From assembly GCA_008932965.1 (NCBI GenBank), contig WBXG01000008.1, forward strand, positions 5,023-37,022: a stretch of DNA of 32,000 nt, in the 5' to 3' direction. A model generated the notes under the pieces. The model saw nothing but the letters and a program-made list of their open reading frames with translations. It had not been told where the DNA came from and ran no database searches. Below, one piece after another: positions 1 through 9,168 of this stretch; position 1 is the stretch's first letter, and each line of letters begins with the position of its first letter. Made by a program: the position numbers and the translations under genes. This DNA is from Verrucomicrobiota bacterium (GTDB lineage Bacteria; Verrucomicrobiota; Verrucomicrobiia; Chthoniobacterales; UBA6821).

Positions 1-645
1 TTTCTAGTAATTGCCGATGTAGCTCTAGATCCTTATACCTCCCATGGACACGATGGCTTGCTTAATGAGGCTGGACATATTGTTAATGATCCCACGGTTG
101 AATTACTTGCCCGTCTTGCCGTGATGGAAGCCGAGGCAGGAGCAGATATTGTTGCTCCTTCTGACATGATGGATGGTCGAGTAAGGGCCATTCGAAATGC
201 TCTTGATGCGGCCTCTCTTCAAGATCGGGGGATCATGGCCTATTCAGCTAAATACGCATCGGCCTATTATGGGCCTTTTAGGGATGCCCTTGGAAGTAAA
301 GTTGGTGACTCTCCATTAGATAAAAAAAGCTATCAAATGGATCCGGCTAATATTCGTGAAGCACTTTTAGAGGTGAAGCTCGATGAAGAGGAGGGTGCAG
401 ATATTGTAATGATAAAACCTGCAGGAGCCTACCTGGATGTGATTAGGGCAGTAAGAGAAGCAACGGATCTTCCGGTAGCTGCCTATCAGGTATCTGGAGA
501 GTACGCTCAGATCTGTGCTGCAGCACAACTTGGATGGCTTGATTACGATGCTACTCGTAACGAGGCTTTGCTCGCAATCAAGCGTGCAGGGGCCTCGATG
601 ATCCTGAGCTATTTTTCAGCAGAGCTGCTCCGGGAGTGGAAATAG
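1..645 (+). CDS. hemB: Porphobilinogen synthase (delta-aminolevulinate dehydratase), 5'-truncated by the window edge
   Basis: Frame 1 is open from nt 1 ([19 protein letters not shown]...). It carries PBGS hallmarks: the PYTSHGHDG region, the Schiff-base lysine context IVMIKPA, and SGEYA. Stop at 643-645. Confidence 0.9.
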   Translation, partial: FLVIADVALDPYTSHGHDGLLNEAGHIVNDPTVELLARLAVMEAEAGADIVAPSDMMDGRVRAIRNALDAASLQDRGIMAYSAKYASAYYGPFRDALGSKVGDSPLDKKSYQMDPANIREALLEVKLDEEEGADIVMIKPAGAYLDVIRAVREATDLPVAAYQVSGEYAQICAAAQLGWLDYDATRNEALLAIKRAGASMILSYFSAELLREWK

Positions 646-766
646 AAATAGGGGTAAGTTTTCCGTTTTTAATGGGATAAGAATATTTTTATTTTTTTAA
701 CATGGGGCATTGGCTTTAATTTTTTCATGCTATAGACTCTTTGCCCAATCATTTCATTTTTTATTC

Positions 767-2152
767 ATGTCTTCTTCCTCTCCCATAAAACGTAAAGTCG
801 GCTTGGTTAGTCTAGGATGTGCCAAAAATCTCGTTGATGCTGAGATTCTTCTTGGAGATGCTGCTCGTCATGGGTACGAGCTAACTCAAAAAAATGAAGA
901 GGCCGATGTCGTGCTCGTTAATACCTGTGGCTTTATCGATCTTGCCAAGGAAGAGAGCATTAATGCCATTTTAGAAGCCCACCGACAACGGCTTCATGGA
1001 AGCAAAACAGAGCAGAAAATTGTGGTCGGGGGATGTCTTTCACAGCGTTATTCAGCAGACCTAGCAAAGCAGCTTCCTGAAGTGGATGCTTTTTTGGGGC
1101 TTGATGAGATCTCGCGCGCTGGAGAAATATTTAATCGGCTTTTTGAGGAGGATGTTTCTCAAGAAGATAGGGTCACTGTTTCCCGTCGTGCTGCCTACAT
1201 TCCTGATTTTGATACTCCCCGTGTGCGTCTCACCGCAGCTCATACGACCTATGTCAAGATTGCTGAAGGGTGTAATCATCCCTGTTCCTTCTGTGTCATC
1301 CCACGTATGCGGGGACGACATCGTAGTCGTACCATAGAGTCTGTAGTAAAAGAGGTCCAGGGACTCGTTGTCTCTGGGGTCAAAGAAATTAATTTAGTCA
1401 GCCAAGATACAACCTATTTTGGAATGGATCAGTGGGAAGAGAAAGCAGGCCCACGTCAAGAAGTCGATGCTGCCCGTGGTCCTAGTTTGATTGGTTTACT
1501 CGATGCATTGGGCAAGATCGAGGGAGATTTTTGGATACGACTTCTTTACACACATCCTGCTCACTGGAGTGATGATTTAATTGCTGCTATTGCCCGTAAT
1601 CCCAAAGTGACACGTTATATTGATATTCCCCTCCAGCATATCCATGAAGAGATGCTGGCCGCTATGAAACGTGAAACAGGTCGTCAACATATCGTGGATC
1701 TCATAGCTCGCCTTCGTTCAGGTATTCCAGAGCTTGTTATTAGGACAACCTTTATTGTCGGATTTCCGGGAGAAACCGAAGAGCATTTTGAGAGCCTGCT
1801 TGATTTTATACGTGAGACTCGTTTTGAAAGGTTAGGGGTTTTCTCTTACTCACGTGAAGAGGAATCACGTGCCGCTAAAATGCCACATCAAATTCATGGC
1901 AACACCAAGCAGCGTCGTCTTCGAGAGGCAATGCTCTTGCAGCAGCAGATTGCACGTGAGTGGGCTGAGTCACAAGTGGGAAAAAAGGTAAAGGTTCTTG
2001 CTGACACTGCTTACTTAGGCAGGACTCAAGGAGATGCCCCGGATGTAGACTGCCGGGTTCATTTTGTGAAGCCTGTGGCACCTGGTAGTTTTGTGAATTG
2101 CGTCATTACAGGAACACGTGATTACGATTTAGTAGGAGATGAGATTCGCTAG
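767..2152 (+). CDS. rimO: Ribosomal protein S12 methylthiotransferase RimO (radical SAM, MTTase family with C-terminal TRAM)
   Basis: N-terminal VGLVSLGCAKNLVDAE is the RimO-type UPF0004 motif. The radical-SAM CX3CX2C motif is present (CNHPCSFC), and there is a C-terminal TRAM-like region. I prefer the ATG at 767 (MSSSSPIKRK...) over the TTG at 710 in the ORF track. Confidence 0.85.
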   Translation: MSSSSPIKRKVGLVSLGCAKNLVDAEILLGDAARHGYELTQKNEEADVVLVNTCGFIDLAKEESINAILEAHRQRLHGSKTEQKIVVGGCLSQRYSADLAKQLPEVDAFLGLDEISRAGEIFNRLFEEDVSQEDRVTVSRRAAYIPDFDTPRVRLTAAHTTYVKIAEGCNHPCSFCVIPRMRGRHRSRTIESVVKEVQGLVVSGVKEINLVSQDTTYFGMDQWEEKAGPRQEVDAARGPSLIGLLDALGKIEGDFWIRLLYTHPAHWSDDLIAAIARNPKVTRYIDIPLQHIHEEMLAAMKRETGRQHIVDLIARLRSGIPELVIRTTFIVGFPGETEEHFESLLDFIRETRFERLGVFSYSREEESRAAKMPHQIHGNTKQRRLREAMLLQQQIAREWAESQVGKKVKVLADTAYLGRTQGDAPDVDCRVHFVKPVAPGSFVNCVITGTRDYDLVGDEIR

Positions 2153-2329
2153 CCCGAATATTTTATTCCGATCACCTGCGTAAGTCGGGAAGCCAGATGA
2201 ATGCTGCGTTAGACTCACATTTTAACTTGGACATTAGGAATGCATACAGCCCAGGCTCAAAATGCTCACTCACCTTACCCTATCAGCCTTCACGGCCTCC
2301 TCGTCACGATTCAGTATAAAATATCTGGG
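2152..2329 (+). mobile_element. MITE-like repeat, copy 1 (178 bp, subtype A, degenerate TIRs), flanked by TA at 2150-2151 and 2330-2331
   Basis: The left end is gcccgaatattttattcc and the right end is cagtataaaatatctggg, which are inverted repeats. The internal sequence aligns at roughly 84% over the left 82 nt with copy 5 (31165-31424). Confidence 0.8.
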
Positions 2330-2410
2330 TATAGTGTATTAAATTGAAAAGAGCTAGTTTATCACGTACCCCTTTCCATTAAATACACTCTATCACCCTT
2401 TAGCTTTTAA

Positions 2411-4252
2411 ATGATCGTATCTTCCATGCTTGGTTTCCCCATTTTTCTTTTCTGCTTTTTTTGCTCCACGTTGCTTCAAGCGTCAACAACTACTCAAAAC
2501 CTTCAAGCTCTTCAACCTGCTCTTTATGCCGATTTTTTGAATGAAAATGGACAGAGCGATCCGGAGCATTACTATGAGGCGACTAGCAAGATAGTACGTA
2601 TGGGTGAGCCAGGAATGTATCACTATTCCATCATGAAATCGTCTGAGGATTCACTTTTTTTTGTCAGTCCTATCTATCTACCCTTTTTTGTTAACTGGAT
2701 GTACCACAAGGAGCTCGCAGAGAGAGGTCCTGATTCAACAGATGTAACAATACCGAAGCTTCTTTTAGTAAAAAATTCGAATTCTACTAATTCGATCGTG
2801 GGAGTTTTTGACAAGGAACTCATTACTAGCATCGATGAAGAACTGAAATCCAATCAGTTTACATTCATGATGAAGGATACATCAGTTGACTTAAATCCCA
2901 TCACGGATGAGACCCCAACGACCTCGTATTCTGATAATATTAAATTACTTTTTTTGGGGCTACTAGTTTTAAGCATAGAAGGTAACCAGATGTACAACAT
3001 TCATGTAGAAAAAAAAGCTGCAAAAGAACAACTTCCTCTACTCAGCGAGGAGCAAAAAAGGAGGGAGGAGCTCTTTTTAAAATTACATTCAGAGTATAGT
3101 TATGAGGAAGATCAGCAACACAACATCTCGGCTCTTGAGAGCATGAGAGAACAGGCTAACGATAATGCCAAGAATGCCTATAAAATTCAAAAAAAACAAA
3201 CTCTGATCTCTAGTGACCCGGAGAATGACCCTGGACTTCAAGAGAGTAAGAGTCAGCGTGAATACTGGATTTATCAAAAGAAGAGCTTGGGTTTGAGATT
3301 GGAAAAAATAAAATTTTTGAATTTCAATAATTCTTTGGAATCACCTGACACAGAGTTTGAACAGGGTTCAAACCACTCGCTCACTGATCATGCGCAAGAT
3401 ATGTCGAAATTTATTAGAAATCTTCATATTAAAAATCTTTCTAGCAGAGGAAAAGATTTATTAGATACTCAAGCAAGACTTAAGAGTGAGGGGGCTAGTG
3501 AGAAAATAAAAATATTATGGTCACAGTTTACCTCAAGAGAGGATGCTGAGATTTTAGAAGAAAAAGCATGGGGGAGAATGGCAAAAGCATTTTATCAAGA
3601 ACAGTCAAAACAGACTAGGAATGCATTATTAGAGGCTGAATTAGAGGCTGAAAAGAAGTTCAAAACATCTCCTCCTAATGATAGCTATTTCGACATGTTG
3701 ATAAAAGCAGCAGAAAATGCCTGGCATGCTTCAAAGGAAGAGTATGAAGCTCATGACAGTAATCAAACTGCGGAAGGATTTGACCTTCAATTGATTCATG
3801 ATTTTTTACAACGTAGAATGGAAGAGTTTCAAATTAAAAAACAGAAACAGGATTTAGTGCCCGAGATTCAAAAGCTTGTAACCAGGATTCAAGAAATAAA
3901 AAATAATCGCACCTTGGAAATGGGAGATTTGGTGGTTGATACCTTGAATAATGCCCAAAAAATGCAAGCAACAATAGAAACGTTCAATAATACACATTTG
4001 GCATTAAGTGATTACCAAGAAAAAATAATGAAGGAATCAAATAAAGAGAAATCTAGTGTTTTTTTATATTCGGCTTTAAGTGGTTTTAAATGTTATCACT
4101 CTCCTGATAGTGAGGATCCATTTGATAATGTCTGGAGAGAAACGGTAGAGTGTTTTCAAGGTAATTATAACTTGCTTCAATTTTGGTCTAGAAAGCATCC
4201 CGAAACAGGTATTCCAAGTCAGAGTAGACAAAATAGAAGAGCAACTTTATAG
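2411..4252 (+). CDS. Hypothetical secreted protein, Lys/Glu/Gln/Asn-rich, probably coiled-coil; no family recognised
   Basis: This is a 613-aa uninterrupted ORF with a hydrophobic N-terminal signal-like segment (FPIFLFCFFCSTLLQAS). The rest is strongly charged and helical-looking. It is markedly more AT-rich than its neighbours. Confidence 0.6.
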   Translation: MIVSSMLGFPIFLFCFFCSTLLQASTTTQNLQALQPALYADFLNENGQSDPEHYYEATSKIVRMGEPGMYHYSIMKSSEDSLFFVSPIYLPFFVNWMYHKELAERGPDSTDVTIPKLLLVKNSNSTNSIVGVFDKELITSIDEELKSNQFTFMMKDTSVDLNPITDETPTTSYSDNIKLLFLGLLVLSIEGNQMYNIHVEKKAAKEQLPLLSEEQKRREELFLKLHSEYSYEEDQQHNISALESMREQANDNAKNAYKIQKKQTLISSDPENDPGLQESKSQREYWIYQKKSLGLRLEKIKFLNFNNSLESPDTEFEQGSNHSLTDHAQDMSKFIRNLHIKNLSSRGKDLLDTQARLKSEGASEKIKILWSQFTSREDAEILEEKAWGRMAKAFYQEQSKQTRNALLEAELEAEKKFKTSPPNDSYFDMLIKAAENAWHASKEEYEAHDSNQTAEGFDLQLIHDFLQRRMEEFQIKKQKQDLVPEIQKLVTRIQEIKNNRTLEMGDLVVDTLNNAQKMQATIETFNNTHLALSDYQEKIMKESNKEKSSVFLYSALSGFKCYHSPDSEDPFDNVWRETVECFQGNYNLLQFWSRKHPETGIPSQSRQNRRATL

Positions 4253-4315
4253 AAAATCTTAGTTAGATAAGTTCACTGATTCCCTCACAAGCCAATATTT
4301 TTCCCCATAGTATCA

Positions 4316-6781
4316 ATGTCATCATCATCATCGCGTCGCACTTGGAATGAAGTAATAGGACTGATCCTTATGGGGGGAGGGGTTTTATTATTGCTTGCCC
4401 TTCTCTCCTATGATCCTCGTGATCTCCCCTCATGGCTGTTTTATGCAAAATACTCCTCAACATCACCCGTTCCGCTCAATTTTGTAGGGCGTTTCGGTGC
4501 TGTGATGGCTGGACTCAGTTTCTTTCTTTTTGGAGGAGCCTCCTTTTTTGCAGCAGTAGCATTGGTTGGAATGGGACTCTCCTGTTTTTTTGGGGAGGAA
4601 TCCCCCCTTGGTATTCGTCTTGGATGGTCTCTAGTTTTTGTTTTAAGTTGGGCCTACTTTCTCGATTTCCTCGACCATTTTAAGTTTTTTTCGTCTACAT
4701 GGAAACAGACCTTAGCGATCCCTGGAGCTGGTGGATGGTTTGGCCACGCACTAGGAATTGCAATCGGTAAAAATACCATGGGACTTGTCGGTACTATTTT
4801 TGTTTTTTTAATCGCAGCATTAACAAGTTTGATTTTAGCCACGGGCTTTCATCCTATTAAAACTACCAAACAGGTTTTGGTAATAATGACAAAAGCACTT
4901 TTTCAATTAGTCCATCATTTTAAAAACCAATTTTTAGTAAAAAAATCCTCTCCCTTAAACACAAGGGAATCTGTTTCAAATTCTACTAAAAAGACTGTGT
5001 CACGTCCTAATAAAAGACCACTCAAGGAGTTCGCCCTTGAAGAATCTCTAGAGGAAGCAAGCAATCCTCCCCCTTCTTCCAATCTCCCTCTTCCAAAAAT
5101 TATTGATGCTAGTGTGCCAGCAAAAAAGCCGACCCTTGCTGAGGTGATGAAGGCCCGGCCTAAGCCCTCTTCTGCGATGGACTCAGAAACAGGATCGTTA
5201 TCTCATGTTGCCTTAGAAAACTACACTCTTCCTTCTTTTGATTTACTCGAAACTCATGAAAGCAACGATCGTCAACCTGCCGACCCGGCAGTTTTACAGT
5301 CGGTGCAGCGTGTTTTAATTGATACTCTTGCACAATTTGGTATTGAGGCAGCGCCTGGAGATATTACCAAAGGACCCACGATTACTCGTTATGAACTTTA
5401 CCCAGCAAGCGGTGTTCGCGTGGATCGTATTTCCAATTTGGAACGTGACTTGGCACGTGCCACGAGTGCAGAACGCATTAATATTTTAGCTCCTATTCCT
5501 GGCAAAGATACCGTAGGTATTGAAATCGCCAATACTACAAAAGTAACGGTGGCTATTCGTGAGCTTTTTGAAAGTAATGCTTGGCAAAGTTCGAAAGCAA
5601 AACTTCCATTAGCACTTGGTAAAGATGTCTATGGCAATGCAATTATTGCGGATCTAGCCCAGATGCCACATCTTCTCGTAGCTGGAGCAACGGGAAGTGG
5701 CAAGAGCGTTTGTATCAACTCGATTATCACCAGTCTTATTTTTAAGCATACACCAGAGACGCTTCGTTTTATCATGATCGATCCGAAGGTTGTGGAGATG
5801 CAGATCTACAACAAACTGCCACACTTGGTGACACCTGTAGTAACCGACCCCAAAAAAGTCTTACTTGCACTCCGCTGGGTCATTGATGAGATGGAATTAC
5901 GTTATAAGATTTTTGCAAAAACGGGGGTTCGCAATATTAGCGGTTTTAATGCTCGTCCTCAGCCAAATAAGGAAAAAAAACCGGAGCCTGTTGAGTCTAT
6001 CCTTGAAGAGGTAAATATCGATCCCTTGCTGGGAGGTGATTTCACTGCTGCCTCCTTGCTCGAAGAGGAGCCACCTACTGCAAAAGCAGTTCCGTATCAA
6101 TCTTCACGTGAAGAGGAAATTATTATCCCAGACTTTATGCCCTTTATCGTAGTTATTGTCGATGAGTTGGCAGATCTCATGCAAACGGCTCCTGCAGATG
6201 TGGAGTCGGCTATAGCTCGTATTACTCAGATGGCACGTGCTGCAGGCATCCATATGATTGTGGCCACGCAAACTCCAAGAGCTGATGTGGTGACTGGAAT
6301 CATCAAGGCTAATATACCCACTCGTATCGCTTTTCAAGTAGCCTCCAAACTCGATAGCCGAGTCATTCTCGACCAAAATGGAGCGGATCGTTTGTTAGGA
6401 CAGGGGGATATGCTCTATTTACCACCAGGAAGTGCTAAGGTCTTGCGTGCTCAAGGAGTGCTTGTTACCGATGAGGAGATTGGAAGGGTGGTCGATTTTC
6501 TTGGAGCGCAGAGCTCGCCAATCTTTGAACCCTCTATTGCGGCCAAACTCTCTAATGCAACAATGCCTGAGGAAGATATCACAGAGGAGGAAGAGGAGCT
6601 CGTGACAAAATGCCTGGAGATTATTCGTCAAGAAAAGAAAGCCTCTACATCGATGCTTCAACGTCGCCTTCGCCTCGGCTACACGCGTGCAGCACGCGTG
6701 GTCGATATTTTGGAGCAACGTGGTATTTTAGGACCCAAGGATGGAGCTCGCGATCGTGAAATTTTAATAGATTTGGGGTAG
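4316..6781 (+). CDS. ftsK: DNA translocase FtsK
   Basis: It has N-terminal transmembrane helices and a Pro/Ser-rich linker. Walker A is GATGSGKS and Walker B is VVIVDELADL. The C-terminal gamma winged-helix reads STSMLQRRLRLGYTRAARVVDILE. Confidence 0.95.
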   Translation: MSSSSSRRTWNEVIGLILMGGGVLLLLALLSYDPRDLPSWLFYAKYSSTSPVPLNFVGRFGAVMAGLSFFLFGGASFFAAVALVGMGLSCFFGEESPLGIRLGWSLVFVLSWAYFLDFLDHFKFFSSTWKQTLAIPGAGGWFGHALGIAIGKNTMGLVGTIFVFLIAALTSLILATGFHPIKTTKQVLVIMTKALFQLVHHFKNQFLVKKSSPLNTRESVSNSTKKTVSRPNKRPLKEFALEESLEEASNPPPSSNLPLPKIIDASVPAKKPTLAEVMKARPKPSSAMDSETGSLSHVALENYTLPSFDLLETHESNDRQPADPAVLQSVQRVLIDTLAQFGIEAAPGDITKGPTITRYELYPASGVRVDRISNLERDLARATSAERINILAPIPGKDTVGIEIANTTKVTVAIRELFESNAWQSSKAKLPLALGKDVYGNAIIADLAQMPHLLVAGATGSGKSVCINSIITSLIFKHTPETLRFIMIDPKVVEMQIYNKLPHLVTPVVTDPKKVLLALRWVIDEMELRYKIFAKTGVRNISGFNARPQPNKEKKPEPVESILEEVNIDPLLGGDFTAASLLEEEPPTAKAVPYQSSREEEIIIPDFMPFIVVIVDELADLMQTAPADVESAIARITQMARAAGIHMIVATQTPRADVVTGIIKANIPTRIAFQVASKLDSRVILDQNGADRLLGQGDMLYLPPGSAKVLRAQGVLVTDEEIGRVVDFLGAQSSPIFEPSIAAKLSNATMPEEDITEEEEELVTKCLEIIRQEKKASTSMLQRRLRLGYTRAARVVDILEQRGILGPKDGARDREILIDLG

Positions 6782-6793
6782 AGGTAGTTTCAT

Positions 6794-7504
6794 TTAGCTC
6801 TTTTTTGATGCCGTATAAATAGTGACAATCCCAAAGGTCATTGGGGCAGCAGTGGTATGAAAGAAATCACATTTTTTGAGTAAAGAGAGCATTTCTTTTC
6901 CTGAGGGAAATGCTTCAATGGAGCCTCCCATATATTCATAAGCATTACTATTTCCAGTAACCCACCCAGCAAGGTGTGGCAAGAGGTGGTGCAAGTAGAA
7001 ACGGTATAAAGGACGCAAGAGAGAGGAGGTAGGAAGTGAAAAATCGAGGATTAAAAGATGACCGCTAGGTCGTAAAATCCGGTGCATTTCTCGCAATCCA
7101 TCCTCCCAGGAAGCCATGTTGCGAAGACCAAAAGAAATGGTAACGACATCAAAAGATTTTTCTTCGTAGGGGAGGGAGAGGCCATCAGCTTCTAGGAAGG
7201 TGATTGATTTTGCAGTGATCTTTTTTTTGGCTTGTTGAATTTGTGTTAACCGAGCTTGTTCGAGCATCGGAGCACAGAAATCGACACCAATAATTTCTGC
7301 ATTAGGTAATTTTTTTCTTAGAGCAAAAGCTAAATCACCATTGCCGGTGGCAACATCAAGAATGTTTTTGGGATTCCATTGTTGCACTTGTTGAGCAACA
7401 CAATGGCGCCACCAAAAATCAAGACCAGCAGATAAAAAATGGTTTGCCATTGCGTAGCGCCTTGCAATTGAGCAAAAGAGACTTTTAACATATTCGGGAT
7501 TCAT
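6794..7504 (-). CDS. ubiE: Demethylmenaquinone / ubiquinone-menaquinone biosynthesis C-methyltransferase (UbiE/MenG family)
   Basis: It has the class I SAM-binding motif DVATGNGDLA and the UbiE-family motif ISFGLRN. The length of 236 aa fits the family. Confidence 0.85.
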   Translation of the reverse strand: MNPEYVKSLFCSIARRYAMANHFLSAGLDFWWRHCVAQQVQQWNPKNILDVATGNGDLAFALRKKLPNAEIIGVDFCAPMLEQARLTQIQQAKKKITAKSITFLEADGLSLPYEEKSFDVVTISFGLRNMASWEDGLREMHRILRPSGHLLILDFSLPTSSLLRPLYRFYLHHLLPHLAGWVTGNSNAYEYMGGSIEAFPSGKEMLSLLKKCDFFHTTAAPMTFGIVTIYTASKKS

Positions 7505-7575
7505 GAATCAAAAAACCAGTGATCAAAGAGCTGTTAATAAATATACGAGTTAAATTGAAGGCAAAAACGAAATAC

Positions 7576-7657
7576 TGCTCACGAGAGGACTCGAACCTCC
7601 ATGGAATTACCCATACGCTTCTGAGACGTACGCGTCTGCCAATTTCGCCACGTGAGC
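7576..7657 (-). tRNA. tRNA-Leu (anticodon CAG), class II with long variable arm; CCA not encoded
   Basis: The reverse complement reads GCTCACGTGGCGAAATTGGCAGACGCGTACGTCTCAGAAGCGTATGGGTAATTCCATGGAGGTTCGAGTCCTCTCGTGAGCA. The acceptor stem is 7 bp (GCTCACG/CGTGAGC). The anticodon stem is TACGT/GCGTA with loop CTCAGAA. The variable arm is 13 nt and the T-loop is TTCGAGT. Confidence 0.92.
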
Positions 7658-7667
7658 TCACTTGACT

Positions 7668-7695
7668 ATTTCAATGATTCTACTACTGCTTGCAA
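7668..7695 (-). promoter_or_regulatory. Candidate sigma70-type promoter for tRNA-Leu (-35 TTGCAA, 16-nt spacer, -10 TGAAAT)
   Basis: Read on the minus strand, TTGCAA lies at 7695-7690 and TGAAAT at 7673-7668. The -10 element ends 10 nt upstream of the mature tRNA 5' end. This rests on the motif match only. Confidence 0.3.
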
Positions 7696-7843
7696 GAGGC
7701 TGATATATACTACATCAGCGCAAGAATTGACACTCTTCCAGAATGACAGAGGGATGTAAATCATCAAAAAAGTTTAATAATTTCAATTTTTTTAAAAATT
7801 CTACTGGCGCTTTTGCACATCTCGTGGCACATATTTACTACTT

Positions 7844-9148
7844 ATGAAGTCACACAAGAATCTTACATTACTTACATTCATCATCACGCTTCCTTTTGCA
7901 GCTTCACTTCTGCAGGCTCAAATAGCACCAGCACCGATCACTACCGGTGCTCCTTCATCGGCATCATCAGCGACCAGCACCTCTGGTAGCACAGCTGAAA
8001 AAGCCCTTGCAAAGGCAAAAGAAGCAGTGGCTGCGGCAAAAGAAAAATTAGGAGTTCGTAAGGATAAAGAATCTGATCAAAAAATATCAGGAGCTTCTTC
8101 TACTGTTATCGCGCTTAAAGATCCAGTAGCAGTTGTTGATGGAGCTAAGATCTCTAAAGCCGATCTCGAGAAGGCCTTTAAGGAAGCTGTGGCCTCGAGT
8201 AATATGAATCCTGCAACACTCACTGCAGACCAAAAGATTCAAGGGTATCATCAGATTTTAGATGCTCTCATTATGGAAAAGCTTGTTGATAAAAAATCTT
8301 CAGGAGTAGAAGTTTCTGATGCTGATGTCAGTGCTGAGATTGATAAGATTAAAAAACAATTTCCCACTCCTGATGCCTTCAATGCTGAACTTAAAAAATC
8401 GGGCCAAACCACTGATCTCTTCACGGCCAATCTAAAAAAATCGATGCGTCAAACAAAATGGATGAAAGAACAAATCCAAGGTAAAGATACCGTAACAGAT
8501 GCTGATGCTCAGAAATTTTATAATGAAAATATCAAGCAATTTGAAAATCCAGAAATGGTGAAGGCCTCTCATATTCTTCTCTTAGTTCCACAAGGGGCTT
8601 CAGACTCTGTTGTAAAAGCTAAAGAGGCTGCAGCAAAAGCAGCAATTGAGAGGGCGAATAAAGGAGAAGATTTTTCAAAATTGGCTGCCGAACTTTCTGA
8701 AGAACCAGGTGCTAAACAACGTGCTGGTGATCTTGGTTTCTTTAGTAAGAGTCAGATGGTTCCTGAATTTGCCACAGCAGCCTTCGATCAGAAAGTTGGC
8801 TCTGTAAGTGCGACTCCAGTAAAAACAAAATTTGGGTTTCATATCATCAAAGTAACTGAAAAGAAACCTGCAGGAACCGCTTCTTTTGCAGAAGTCAAAC
8901 CTAACATTATTGCTTATCTTCAAAACCAGAAACGTCGTGCTGCTTTCAAAGCAGAGATGGAGCAACTGCGTCAGGCTGCAAAAATTGAAAATTTCCTTCC
9001 TGCACCAGCAATCATTACTCCAGCGACCATGAAGCCTTCGTCCCTGCCTGGTAAAGCTCCTGCTTCTTCACCTGCAGTTACAACAAAAGCCCCTGCAACA
9101 CCAACTCCTTCTGTAACTAATGCTACTCCCTCACCTGTGAAGAGTTAG
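7844..9148 (+). CDS. Secreted parvulin-type peptidyl-prolyl isomerase (SurA/PrsA/PpiD-like) with Pro/Thr/Ala-rich C-terminal tail
   Basis: It has a signal peptide (LLTFIITLPFAASLLQAQ) and a SurA-N-like helical region. PpiC/rotamase motifs are present: ASHILL, GDLGFFSKSQMVPEF and KTKFGFHIIKV. Confidence 0.85.
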   Translation: MKSHKNLTLLTFIITLPFAASLLQAQIAPAPITTGAPSSASSATSTSGSTAEKALAKAKEAVAAAKEKLGVRKDKESDQKISGASSTVIALKDPVAVVDGAKISKADLEKAFKEAVASSNMNPATLTADQKIQGYHQILDALIMEKLVDKKSSGVEVSDADVSAEIDKIKKQFPTPDAFNAELKKSGQTTDLFTANLKKSMRQTKWMKEQIQGKDTVTDADAQKFYNENIKQFENPEMVKASHILLLVPQGASDSVVKAKEAAAKAAIERANKGEDFSKLAAELSEEPGAKQRAGDLGFFSKSQMVPEFATAAFDQKVGSVSATPVKTKFGFHIIKVTEKKPAGTASFAEVKPNIIAYLQNQKRRAAFKAEMEQLRQAAKIENFLPAPAIITPATMKPSSLPGKAPASSPAVTTKAPATPTPSVTNATPSPVKS

Positions 9149-9168
9149 TTAGGAGCTGCAATTTTGAA

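Noticed and set aside
710-766. The track gives a TTG at 710 as the start of rimO.
   Set aside because: The extension (MALIFSCYRLFAQSFHFLF) is not RimO-like. The ATG at 767 gives a typical distance to the SLGCxKN motif.
1061-1337. Short ORFs are nested in or antisense to well-supported genes. Examples are 1061-1321(-), 1086-1337(+), 4432-4683(+), 16457-17105, 18230-18864(-), 19313-20230, 29455-30931 and 12865-13095(-).
   Set aside because: All lie within strongly supported conserved genes, have no recognisable motifs, and are typical shadow ORFs.
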